Origin: Gammaproteobacteria bacterium
GTDB lineage: Bacteria; Pseudomonadota; Gammaproteobacteria; Eutrophobiales; Eutrophobiaceae
DNA length: 64,000 bases
Assembly: GCA_965222155.1 (NCBI GenBank)
Contig: CBDCTH010000004.1
Location: 512,001-576,000 of the forward strand
Direction: 5' to 3'
Within the stretch, counting starts at the first letter, position 1, and the number at the start of each line of letters is the position of its first letter. The notes beneath the pieces are model-generated. The model made no database searches and was not told the DNA's origin. It was given only the letters and a program-made list of their open reading frames with translations. Below are positions 8,507-17,653 of the stretch, piece by piece. A program made the position numbers and the translations under genes.

Positions 8507-10066
8507 ATGCAAGGGAAAATCATGTCAAACAATAATTACGATCATAAGAACCAGCGTATAAAGCGCATTGGAATTATCGGCGCCGGAGTCATGGGCCGGG
8601 GGATTGCCCAGTTGTTCCTGCAATCCGGTTACCCGGTGTGTCTTTATGACGCGGATACCGGTGCGCTCGACAGCGCCTCCGGGTTCATCGGCAAGATGGT
8701 CAAGCGCCAGGTTGACAAGGGCAGGTATACAAGCCCGGAAGCGGAAAACATACTTTCCAGCCTCACTCGGTGCTATAAAACAGAGGAATTATCCGCGTGC
8801 CACATCCTGATCGAGGCGATCGTCGAGTTGCTGGAAGTAAAAAAACAGTTATTTTCGGAACTGGAAAAAATCGTCTCCGACAGCGCCATCCTGGCAAGCA
8901 ACACGTCGTCGTTGCTGGTCTCGGATATTGCCTCGGCCTGTGCCAATCCGGGCCGCGTAGCCGGGCTGCATTTTTTTAACCCGGTACCGCTCATGAGGGT
9001 GGTGGAGGTCATACCGGCCGTGCTTACCGGACAGGCCGTCGTTGATGAACTGGTGGCATTGGTTGCCTGCACGGGCCATCGTCCCGTCGTTGCAGCAGAC
9101 CAGCCCGGTTTCCTGGTCAACCATGCGGGCCGCGGTTTTACCACGGAGGCGTTGCGCATCCTGGAAGAAGGGGTGGCAGACCCCGTTGACGTTGACCGGG
9201 TGATGCGCGAGGCGCTGGGGTTTCGGATGGGGCCGTTTGAGCTGCTGGACCTGACCGGCCTGGACGTTTCCGGGAAAGTCATGCAATCCGTTTACGATCA
9301 ATTTCAACAGGAACCCATGTACCGCCCCTCGTCACTGGTCCCGCCCAGGGCGGCGGCGGGATTATTTGGCCAGAAGACCGACAGGGGGTTTTACCGCTAC
9401 GAAAATAATAAAAAAATAGAACCCGAAACCCGGCCGGCCCCAAAAATCAGCCTGACAAAAGTGTGGCTGGCCGACACTCAAACCGACCACGGCAGGCAAC
9501 TGGCGCAGCTATTGACAGCCAATGGCGCAGTGATGGCGGACTCGGCCGCGGCTGAGGATACGATGATCGTATTGCAGTTCTGGGGCAATGACGTAAACAA
9601 CGCCTGTGCCGGGCTGAACCTGGACCCTGCCCGTAGCGTAGCCATTGATCCGTTGCCCGATTTAAACTCGAGACGCACCTTGATGCTGTCGCCGATCACC
9701 AACACCGAGGTGCGTGACAGTATGCACGGACTGTTGTCGGCCGATGGCGTTCCTGTCACGGTTATTAACGACAGCCCGGGATTTATCAGCCAGAGAATCA
9801 TGGCGATCATCGTCAATATAGCAGCGAACATCGCCCAACGTCGGATTGCCGGCGTGTCGGATATAGAAGCCGCCGTGACCCTGGGCCTGGGTTATCCTGC
9901 CGGGCCGTTATCCTGGGGAGACAGGATAGGAGGGGCGCAGATCGTCGAGATTTTAACCAATATGTTCAGCTTGACCCAGGACCCGCGTTATCGGTTAAGC
10001 CCCTGGCTGAGAAGGCGGGTACAAGCGGGAGTATCATTGTTGACCGAAGAAGTGGCAAGGGCATAA
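8507..10066 (+). CDS. paaH: 3-hydroxyacyl-CoA dehydrogenase (PaaH-like, duplicated C-terminal domain)
   Basis: GAGVMGRGIA, EAIVE, ASNTSSL, GLHFFNPVP, MGPFEL, second PGFI...YPAGP. Confidence 0.85.
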   Translation: MQGKIMSNNNYDHKNQRIKRIGIIGAGVMGRGIAQLFLQSGYPVCLYDADTGALDSASGFIGKMVKRQVDKGRYTSPEAENILSSLTRCYKTEELSACHILIEAIVELLEVKKQLFSELEKIVSDSAILASNTSSLLVSDIASACANPGRVAGLHFFNPVPLMRVVEVIPAVLTGQAVVDELVALVACTGHRPVVAADQPGFLVNHAGRGFTTEALRILEEGVADPVDVDRVMREALGFRMGPFELLDLTGLDVSGKVMQSVYDQFQQEPMYRPSSLVPPRAAAGLFGQKTDRGFYRYENNKKIEPETRPAPKISLTKVWLADTQTDHGRQLAQLLTANGAVMADSAAAEDTMIVLQFWGNDVNNACAGLNLDPARSVAIDPLPDLNSRRTLMLSPITNTEVRDSMHGLLSADGVPVTVINDSPGFISQRIMAIIVNIAANIAQRRIAGVSDIEAAVTLGLGYPAGPLSWGDRIGGAQIVEILTNMFSLTQDPRYRLSPWLRRRVQAGVSLLTEEVARA

Positions 10067-10073
10067 GTCATCG

Positions 10074-11498
10074 ATGAGCGATAAAATAAAAACCCGGTTC
10101 GCCCCCAGCCCCACAGGCTATCTGCACATCGGTGGGGTGCGCACGGCTTTATTCGCCTGGCTGTATGCCAGACACCATAAGGGTGAATTCCTCCTGAGAA
10201 TCGAAGATACCGACCGTGAGAGATCCGGCGCCGAGGCTGTAAACGTCATCCTGGAAGGGATGGCATGGCTGGGGCTGGACCATGACCGGGACATTGTCTA
10301 CCAGTCCGGGCGCACGGAAATTTATAATGATGCAATACACCGGTTGCTGGACCAGGGCAAGGCGTACCATTGTTTTTGCAGCAAGGAAGAGCTGGAAGCG
10401 ATGCGCAGTGAGGCCATGAGCAAGGGGGAGAAACCCAGGTATAACGGTAAATGCCGCGAGGGAGTTCACCGGGTCCCGGAAGGCGTTGCACCGGTAGTAC
10501 GGTTTAAAAATCCGCTTGACGGGGAAGTCGCCATCGACGATCTCATCCAGGGCAGGGTAGTGATCAGCAACCGGGAACTGGACGACCTCATCCTCGCCCG
10601 CGCCGATGGTTCGCCGACCTATAACCTGACCGTTGTGGTGGACGACGCCGACATGGGTATCACCCACGTCATGCGCGGGGACGACCACCTCAACAACACA
10701 CCCAGACAAATCAATATTTTCAATGCCCTGGATATGGCTGCGCCGAAGTACGCCCATATCCCCCTGATCCTGAATGCCGACGGCAAAAAGCTGTCCAAAC
10801 GTCACGACGCGGCCAGCGTGCTGGAATATAAAGACCAGGGATTTTTGCCCGATGCGTTGTTGAATTACCTGGTGCGCCTGGGCTGGTCCCATGGAGACCA
10901 GGAGATTTTTTCCGTTGCCGAGATGATTGAACTGTTCGATATAGGGCAGGTCAACAAGGCTGCCGCGGCGCTGAACCCGGACAAGCTGACCTGGTTGAAC
11001 CAGCACTACCTGCGGGAAAGCAACGCGGAGCGGATCGCCCCGTTGCTTGAAGAAAAATTAATTGAGCTTGGGGTTGACGTAAGCGGGTCGCCCGACCTGA
11101 CGGAGTTGGCCGAGGTGCAGAAGGAGCGGGTGAAGACAATAGCGGAAATGGCCGATCAGAGCCGCTTGTTTTATGAAGACTTTGAGGAATACGATGAAGC
11201 GGCCGCCAAAAAACACCTGCGACCGGTTGTGTTTGAGGCACTGTGCCAGGTCAAAGAGTCTTTGGCCGGGTTGGGGGCATGGGATAAGGAGGCGATCCAT
11301 GGCGCCATCAATGCCGTTGCGGAAGGACAGACCATGAAGTTCGGTAAAGTTGCCCAGCCCCTGAGGGTGGCGGTAACGGGGGGCGCCGTGTCGCCTTCCA
11401 TCGACGTGACCTTGCAGTTGTTGGGGCGGGATAAGGTGTTGTCCCGCCTGGCGCGGGCTCTGGAAGTGATTGAGCGCAGGATGATGCCCACAGATTGA
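10074..11498 (+). CDS. gltX: Glutamate--tRNA ligase
   Basis: TRFAPSPTGYLHIGG, RIEDTD, KKLSKR. Confidence 0.97.
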   Translation: MSDKIKTRFAPSPTGYLHIGGVRTALFAWLYARHHKGEFLLRIEDTDRERSGAEAVNVILEGMAWLGLDHDRDIVYQSGRTEIYNDAIHRLLDQGKAYHCFCSKEELEAMRSEAMSKGEKPRYNGKCREGVHRVPEGVAPVVRFKNPLDGEVAIDDLIQGRVVISNRELDDLILARADGSPTYNLTVVVDDADMGITHVMRGDDHLNNTPRQINIFNALDMAAPKYAHIPLILNADGKKLSKRHDAASVLEYKDQGFLPDALLNYLVRLGWSHGDQEIFSVAEMIELFDIGQVNKAAAALNPDKLTWLNQHYLRESNAERIAPLLEEKLIELGVDVSGSPDLTELAEVQKERVKTIAEMADQSRLFYEDFEEYDEAAAKKHLRPVVFEALCQVKESLAGLGAWDKEAIHGAINAVAEGQTMKFGKVAQPLRVAVTGGAVSPSIDVTLQLLGRDKVLSRLARALEVIERRMMPTD

Positions 11499-11553
11499 AT
11501 TCGTGTTTGCCGGTAATTTTGCCGGCTATAATATTAACTATAATATTAAAAAC

Positions 11554-11582
11554 TTGACAGTTTCCGCGCGGTAACGTACAGT
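11554..11582 (+). promoter_or_regulatory. Sigma70 promoter of the tRNA-Ala/Glu operon
   Basis: TTGACA-17 bp-TACAGT followed by a GC-rich discriminator. Confidence 0.7.
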
Positions 11583-11621
11583 CTGCTGCCGTTTTGTGGG
11601 AACGACTGAAACAGTTTAATT

Positions 11622-11697
<76 letters not shown>

Positions 11698-11718
11698 GGA
11701 TTTTATATAACCTTATCT

Positions 11719-11794
11719 GTCCCCTTCGTCTAGAGGCCTAGGACACTGCCCTTTCACGGCGGCAACAGGGGTTCGACTCCCCTAGGGGACGCCA
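11719..11794 (+). tRNA. tRNA-Glu(TTC)
   Basis: GTCCCCTTCGTCTAGAGGCCTAGGAC...CTTTCAC...GGTTCGACTCCCCTAGGGGACGCCA. Confidence 0.97.
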
Positions 11795-12228
11795 AAATAA
11801 TTATATAACTGATTGATATATAAAGGAAAAACAGGGATGTGATTAATCAGTTATTACTTCATTTATCTTATTTGTTAGACCCCACCATCATCAGTTTATA
11901 GGCATTTATAGCAGAACTTTCCTATATAGGAATTCTGTGCTATAAACGCCTATATGATCGATGGTCGGGTGACCGGATTATTGAAGACCCTGAATTCTCA
12001 ATGTGGGTAAGGAGGCAAATTAAGGACTAACCCTGGCATGTCGGCAATATTGCAAAAATATGTAATGTGTCCCCCTGAACTTCACTTTCAAAAATAACCA
12101 GATAGCTCGATTCATTAAGTTGTCAATACCGCTTGATGAGATCGAGCGGATTCATATATAGACTATCCTGCGCAACGAATCAGCGGGAGCGGCCAGAAGC
12201 CACCCTGGATTGGGAATTTGAATAACAC

Positions 12229-12256
12229 TTGACAGTGTACGCATATTGCGTATAAT
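12229..12256 (+). promoter_or_regulatory. Consensus sigma70 promoter with overlapping palindromic TA operator
   Basis: TTGACA-16 bp-TATAAT; TACGCA-TAT-TGCGTA palindrome at 12238-12252. Confidence 0.8.
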
Positions 12257-12263
12257 TCACTCT

Positions 12264-12608
12264 GTGAATCTGGTATTTCTTGAAGCTCCGTTGTTTACCC
12301 GGCTGTTGCCTGATTATATGAGCGATGAAGATTATCAGAGGTTGCAGCTTGCGTTGATGGATGACCCTATGCGTGGAGAAGTTATGCCTAGTACAGGAGG
12401 GTTCCGGAAACTACGCTGGCGTGACCCCAATCGAGGCAAAGGGAGACGTGGTGGTCTAAGGATTATATATTACTATTTAATGTCCGATCATCAGGTCTGG
12501 TTTGTCACTATTTACAATAAAGATGAGATGATTGATTTATCCGCTGAAGAAAAACGCATACTGAAGCGGATGATACAGGCAGAATTGGTCGCCAGGAGAA
12601 AAACGTAA
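12264..12608 (+). CDS. RelE/HigB2-type toxin
   Basis: FLEAPLF...GEVMPSTGGFRKLRW...GKGRRGGLRIIYY...IYNKDE; GTG start at 12264. Confidence 0.88.
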   Translation: MNLVFLEAPLFTRLLPDYMSDEDYQRLQLALMDDPMRGEVMPSTGGFRKLRWRDPNRGKGRRGGLRIIYYYLMSDHQVWFVTIYNKDEMIDLSAEEKRILKRMIQAELVARRKT

Positions 12609-12934
12609 TGAGCAACAAACGTAAACTGATTGATGAACTGATTCAAGGTGTTGATGCCATGCGCGCACATCGAGAAGGGAAAATCACGTTACGCACCCAT
12701 ACAGTACAAGATTTGCCGCCGCTGTCGATTGACGCCGACATAATCCGGGAAACCCGGGAGCAACTCAACGTGTCACGAGCGGTGTTTGCCCGCCATATTC
12801 GCGTGTCTATACGCACACTGGAAAACTGGGAGCAGGGACGAGCCAAGCCGAACACACAGGCTGCTGCGCTGATTATGCTGGTTCGTCAGTACCCCGATAC
12901 GTTGCAAAAACTCCATTCCTTGGCCCATGCCTGA
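12608..12934 (+). CDS. HigA2-type HTH antitoxin
   Basis: IRETREQLNVSRAVFA...SIRTLENWEQGRAKP; toxin-first gene order. Confidence 0.88.
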   Translation: MSNKRKLIDELIQGVDAMRAHREGKITLRTHTVQDLPPLSIDADIIRETREQLNVSRAVFARHIRVSIRTLENWEQGRAKPNTQAAALIMLVRQYPDTLQKLHSLAHA

Positions 12935-12971
12935 CAACCCAACCCACTCCGTCTCGCCCTGTGCGTCCACT

Positions 12972-13036
12972 GGGTATTGACAAGTTAACTAATAAATCAA
13001 GGATTTCTTGATTTTTCCGTTAACTTGTCAATACCC
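12972..13036. repeat. 65-bp palindromic element with 18-bp perfect IR GGGTATTGACAAGTTAAC
   Basis: Arms 12972-12989 and 13019-13036; a 15/16 copy lies at 12115-12130. Confidence 0.8.
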
Positions 13037-13133
13037 TAAATTGAGTTGTTTCAGTTATTACTTGCTGAGTAATACCAGCTGAAACACGCTGAAACGTCAA
13101 GAAATTAGATATCGGATAAGATATTGAATAATA

Positions 13134-13619
13134 TCAGTTTTTGGAACTTCCTGAAATCCCCTGAAACGGCCCATTCACGTTCCTAGGGGACGCCAGAAAT
13201 GCCGGCTTGCTCACTTTCAAAAGGTCGCGGATGAAGTGTGAGTAAGCCCCCGGGCCGAGCGGCGCATCCATCCCGAAGATCTCGACAGACGGGCCTGCTG
13301 TCCGCTCACCAGTATTTTTCGACCCGGTCATTCTCCAGGTCAAGCCCCCTTCCCAGCGGTAGGGTTCGGTGAGCGTAACCTCAAGAACCACGTCCCACGC
13401 CCGCCTGGGGAGAGTGTCTGACGGCATATTGCGCCGGACCATGCGATCCGGCGCACGCTTGCCCAACTCAGCCATCAGTGTTTCACAGAGCGTAGCGACA
13501 ACGGTCGCATCGGTCTTCGTCCCGCCATGACAAGAAAGCAGGAGCGGTGCCGGGTCCGCCCAGGCCCCGGATGCGGCTGCCCCGGCGATAAGAAGCGCAA
13601 CCAGATATTTGCAATACAT
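13134..13619 (-). CDS. Hypothetical exported protein
   Basis: MYCKYLVALLIAGAAASGAWA signal peptide; C-terminus crosses the tRNA-Glu direct repeat. Confidence 0.55.
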   Translation of the reverse strand: MYCKYLVALLIAGAAASGAWADPAPLLLSCHGGTKTDATVVATLCETLMAELGKRAPDRMVRRNMPSDTLPRRAWDVVLEVTLTEPYRWEGGLTWRMTGSKNTGERTAGPSVEIFGMDAPLGPGAYSHFIRDLLKVSKPAFLASPRNVNGPFQGISGSSKN

Positions 13620-13906
13620 GGAAGTCAACCGATCAGAAGATGAAGTCCCCGGATCCGGTTTTCCCTCGAATACATCACCGACTGACAGATTGTATTGAGT
13701 TTCAGCGGTTTTCTGCGCGTCACCTTTGTTTTCTCTGATGGTCCTCATGTGATTGTTATCTCCTTCAGGTATACTATAAAAATAGCATATATATGCACGC
13801 TGTATCCTGCTAACCTTACTGCAGGGACTTCCATGACGGGCTTAGTGTTTTCCTGTAGTATATTCTGTTACCTTTCGATCATTTCATTTTGTTTATTTAA
13901 GTCAGT

Positions 13907-14917
13907 ATGGATATCCTTGTTACGGGCTGTGCCGGATTTATCGGCGCGGCATTGACCAGGCGGCTGTTGGAGAGGGGCGATGAAATTATCGGGGTCGATA
14001 ACCTGAATGACTACTACGACCCCGGGTTGAAGCAGGACAGGCTGGCGTTACTGGCGGATTTTGCAAGCTTCCGATTCAGGAAACTGGATATCTCGGACAG
14101 AGAGCAGACGGAAAACCTGTTCAGGGAAATTAATCCCCGACGAGTGGTCAACTTGGCCGCGCAAGCCGGCGTACGCTACTCTATCACTAATCCCCACAGC
14201 TATATCAATTCAAATATTGCGGGATTCCTGAATATCCTGGAAGGCAGCCGTGCTACCGGCGTGGAACACCTGGTGTATGCCTCGTCGAGCTCGGTCTACG
14301 GCGCCAATGAGAAAATGCCTTTTTCGGAATCGGACCCGGCGGTGCATCCGGTCTCCCTCTACGGCGCCACCAAGCGCGCCAATGAATTGATGGCGCACAG
14401 CTACAGTCAACTGTATGACATGCCCGTGAGCGGCCTGCGTTATTTCACCGTCTACGGCCCCTGGGGCAGGCCGGACATGTCGCCTATCCTGTTTGCCGGG
14501 AAAATATACGCAGGTGAACCGATACAGGTGTTCAACCGGGGGGAGCACCGGAGGGATTTTACCTATATCGCCGATGTGGTGGAGGCGACGCTGAAAATAA
14601 CGGACAGGATACCGGACAGGGATGTAAACTGGGACGCGACCCGGCCTGATCCGGCTACCGGCCCGGCAAGATACCGGATTTACAACATCGGGAATCAAAA
14701 CGCGGTGAACCTCATGGAATATATTAATATGCTTGAGGCGGAGATCGGCAGGAAGGCCATTATCGAATTTGTAGGGGCGCAGCCCGGCGACGTGTCCAAT
14801 ACCCTGTCAGATTCGTCTAAACTGCTGGAGGAATTTGACTTTGTTCCCCGGGTATCGCTGGATCAAGGTATAAGACGGTTCATTGAATGGTATAAGAGTT
14901 ATTATAAGGTTGTTTGA
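13907..14917 (+). CDS. NAD-dependent epimerase (UDP-glucuronate 4-epimerase type)
   Basis: VTGCAGFIG, DNLNDYYD, LAAQAGVRYS, YGATK, TVYGPWGRPDM. Confidence 0.92.
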   Translation: MDILVTGCAGFIGAALTRRLLERGDEIIGVDNLNDYYDPGLKQDRLALLADFASFRFRKLDISDREQTENLFREINPRRVVNLAAQAGVRYSITNPHSYINSNIAGFLNILEGSRATGVEHLVYASSSSVYGANEKMPFSESDPAVHPVSLYGATKRANELMAHSYSQLYDMPVSGLRYFTVYGPWGRPDMSPILFAGKIYAGEPIQVFNRGEHRRDFTYIADVVEATLKITDRIPDRDVNWDATRPDPATGPARYRIYNIGNQNAVNLMEYINMLEAEIGRKAIIEFVGAQPGDVSNTLSDSSKLLEEFDFVPRVSLDQGIRRFIEWYKSYYKVV

Positions 14918-14998
14918 TTGAATTCCTGCTTTCGCAGGTATGGTGATTGAGGTTGTTGACTGGATTCCGGCTTGCGCCGGAATGGTTTGGAACAATTA

Positions 14999-16285
14999 GT
15001 GAATAAAGACAGAAAAATCTCCGTCATCGGCATGGGCTATGTCGGCTTGCCTGTCGCCATCGCGTTCGGCCGGCTGGGCGAGGTGATTGGTTTCGATATA
15101 GATGAGCGGCGCATCGCGGAACTGAAAGACGGGCATGACAGCACTGCGGAAGTTTCCGCTGAGGAATTGTCCGCTGCCGCCATTACCTTTACCACGGACA
15201 GTAAACTACTCGAAAGGGCCGACTTTCATATCGTAGCGGTGCCTACTCCGATTAACGATGCAAAAAACCCGGATATGGAGCCTTTGATTGCGGCTTCCAA
15301 AACCCTGGGACGCATCATCGGGGAAGGCGATATTGTCGTCTATGAATCCACCGTCTATCCGGGCGCTACGGAAGAGATATGCGGCCCCATCCTGGAACGG
15401 GAATCGGGACTGGTGTGCGGGCGTGACTTCCACCTGGGTTATTCACCGGAACGCATCAACCCGGGAGACAGGGAGCATACTTTCACAAATATCGTGAAAG
15501 TCGTATCGTCCGCGGACAGTGCAACGCTCGACGTCATCAGCGAACTGTATGGCCGCGTGGTAACGGCAGGTGTGTATAAGGCTCCGTCCATCCGGGTTGC
15601 GGAGGCGACCAAGGTCGTAGAGAACATTCAGAGAGACGTCAATATCGCCTTGATGAACCAGCTGGCGCTGATTTTTGACAAACTGGATATAGATACCCAC
15701 GACGTGCTGGACGCGGCCGCGACGAAGTGGAATTTCTTACGCTTTACGCCGGGGCTGGTGGGTGGTCACTGTATAGGGATTGACCCGTATTACCTGACCT
15801 ACCGGGCAGCCAGGAGCGGTTACATCCCGGATTTAATCCTGGCGGCGCGCAGTATCAATGACGGTCTGGGCAGTTACATCGCAGCGCGTGTGATCAAAAC
15901 CATGATGCAGGCCGGCCATTTATCGGGAGACAGCTTGGTTACCGTGCTCGGACTGACGTTCAAGGAAAACGTGGGCGACACCCGCAATTCCAGGGTTATT
16001 GATATCATCAATGAATTGAAACAATTTAACGTGCCGGTTCAGGTGAATGATGTCCATGCCGAACCCGATAAAGTCCGCGCCCGGCATCAGGTTGAGCTTG
16101 TTGACCTGGATTCATTGCAGCCCGCTGATGTCGTGATATTAGCCGTACCGCATGCTGTATACCTTGATAAAAACTGGGACTGGATCCGCAGCTTGCTCAA
16201 GGGCCAAAACGGCATCGTCTACGATGTCAAGAGCCGGCTGGAACGGGATGATGCGCCTGCCGGCGTTCAGCTTGTGAGGCTTTGA
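14999..16285 (+). CDS. UDP-N-acetylhexosamine 6-dehydrogenase (TviB/WbpO/WbpA family)
   Basis: GMGYVGLP, YESTVYPGATEE, YSPERINPG, PGLVGGHCIG, TFKEN; GTG start after a REP remnant. Confidence 0.9.
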   Translation: MNKDRKISVIGMGYVGLPVAIAFGRLGEVIGFDIDERRIAELKDGHDSTAEVSAEELSAAAITFTTDSKLLERADFHIVAVPTPINDAKNPDMEPLIAASKTLGRIIGEGDIVVYESTVYPGATEEICGPILERESGLVCGRDFHLGYSPERINPGDREHTFTNIVKVVSSADSATLDVISELYGRVVTAGVYKAPSIRVAEATKVVENIQRDVNIALMNQLALIFDKLDIDTHDVLDAAATKWNFLRFTPGLVGGHCIGIDPYYLTYRAARSGYIPDLILAARSINDGLGSYIAARVIKTMMQAGHLSGDSLVTVLGLTFKENVGDTRNSRVIDIINELKQFNVPVQVNDVHAEPDKVRARHQVELVDLDSLQPADVVILAVPHAVYLDKNWDWIRSLLKGQNGIVYDVKSRLERDDAPAGVQLVRL

Positions 16286-16304
16286 CCATTTTGGTTAATC
16301 GAGC

Positions 16305-17609
16305 ATGAACGTCGCGCTGCTGGGTGCCGGTTACGTAGGGCTGGTTTCAGGCGCTTGTTTTGCCGAGTTTGGCGCCAACGTCACCTGTATCGATATTGAT
16401 TCCGACAGGATCGGCAAGCTCAGGGAAGGTATCATTCCCATCTACGAACCGGGTCTGGCGGAACTGATCAAAAAGAACAGGGAACAGGGCAGGTTGTCTT
16501 TCCGGGATGGTTATGATGAGTCAATTGCGGAGTGTGACCTGGTTTTCATCGCGGTCGGCACGCCGGCCCGTCGCGGTGACGGCCATGCCGACTTGAAGTA
16601 CGTATACCAGGCGGTGCGGGAGATTGCACCGTACCTGCAAGGCTATACGGTGATCGTAGATAAATCCACCGTGCCCGTGGGCACTGCCCGAAACGTGAAG
16701 CGAATCATCAGGGAGAAAAATCCGGGCGCGGACTTTGACGTTGCCGCCAATCCTGAATTTTTGCGGGAAGGCGCCGCGCTGTCGGATTTCATGCGGCCGG
16801 ACCGGGTGGTCATCGGTATTGAGACGGAGCGGGCGGAACAAGTGCTGCGCGAGTTGTATCGCCCCCTCAACCTGATTGAAACACCCATGCTGGTAACCGA
16901 CCTGGAAAGCGCTGAGTTGATCAAGTACGCGGCCAACGCGTTTCTGGCTACGAAGATCAGTTTTATCAACGAGATGTCTGCCCTGTGTGAAGCCGTGAAC
17001 GCGGATGTTCATGCCGTTGCCCGGGGAATAGGTCTGGATGGACGCATAGGCAGTAAATTTCTGCACCCGGGACCCGGTTACGGCGGTTCCTGTTTTCCCA
17101 AGGATACCCGGGCGCTGGTGCGTATAGCACAGGAAAACAACGTGACCAGCCGTATCGTCGAAGCGGTGATGGAGGTGAATGAAGCGCAGAAGGCGCGCAT
17201 GATCAGCAAGATCCGGAGTGCCCTGGGCGGCAGTGAAAACGGCAAGACCCTGGCCGTTCTGGGTCTGGCTTTCAAGCCGGAAACAGATGATATGCGGGAT
17301 GCCCCGGCGTTATCCATACTGCCCAAGCTGATTGAAAACGGGGTCAGGGTTCACGCCCATGATCCCCAGGCCGTGTCTGAGGCCAGGGCACTGCTGCCCG
17401 ATTCAGTGTTGTATTTCGATGATGTCTATGCAGCCTTGTCCGGTGTGGACGCGGCCGTCCTGCTGACGGAATGGAATGCCTACCGGGGCATGGACCTGGA
17501 ACGGATTAAAAAGACAATGGATGGTAACGTGTTCATCGACCTGCGCAATGTCTATGAGCCGGATGCGATGCGTGCGGCAGGATTTGAATACTACTGCGTG
17601 GGGCGTTAA
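16305..17609 (+). CDS. ugd: UDP-glucose 6-dehydrogenase
   Basis: GAGYVGL, KSTVPVGT, NPEFLREG, GYGGSCFPKD, FKPETDDMR. Confidence 0.93.
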   Translation: MNVALLGAGYVGLVSGACFAEFGANVTCIDIDSDRIGKLREGIIPIYEPGLAELIKKNREQGRLSFRDGYDESIAECDLVFIAVGTPARRGDGHADLKYVYQAVREIAPYLQGYTVIVDKSTVPVGTARNVKRIIREKNPGADFDVAANPEFLREGAALSDFMRPDRVVIGIETERAEQVLRELYRPLNLIETPMLVTDLESAELIKYAANAFLATKISFINEMSALCEAVNADVHAVARGIGLDGRIGSKFLHPGPGYGGSCFPKDTRALVRIAQENNVTSRIVEAVMEVNEAQKARMISKIRSALGGSENGKTLAVLGLAFKPETDDMRDAPALSILPKLIENGVRVHAHDPQAVSEARALLPDSVLYFDDVYAALSGVDAAVLLTEWNAYRGMDLERIKKTMDGNVFIDLRNVYEPDAMRAAGFEYYCVGR

Positions 17610-17653
17610 CGCGTATTGGCGTACGACACAGCCGGTCGGGATATAAAAAAAGT

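Larger units (their letters stand above)
11795..13195. mobile_element. Integrase-less islet at the tRNA-Glu 3' end
   Basis: 14-bp direct repeat CCTAGGGGACGCCA at 11781-11794 and 13182-13195; AT-rich interior carrying a TA module. Confidence 0.65.

Noticed and set aside
12246-12934. Integron cassette carrying the TA
   Set aside because: No intI and no convincing RYYYAAC...GTTRRRY attC with internal boxes
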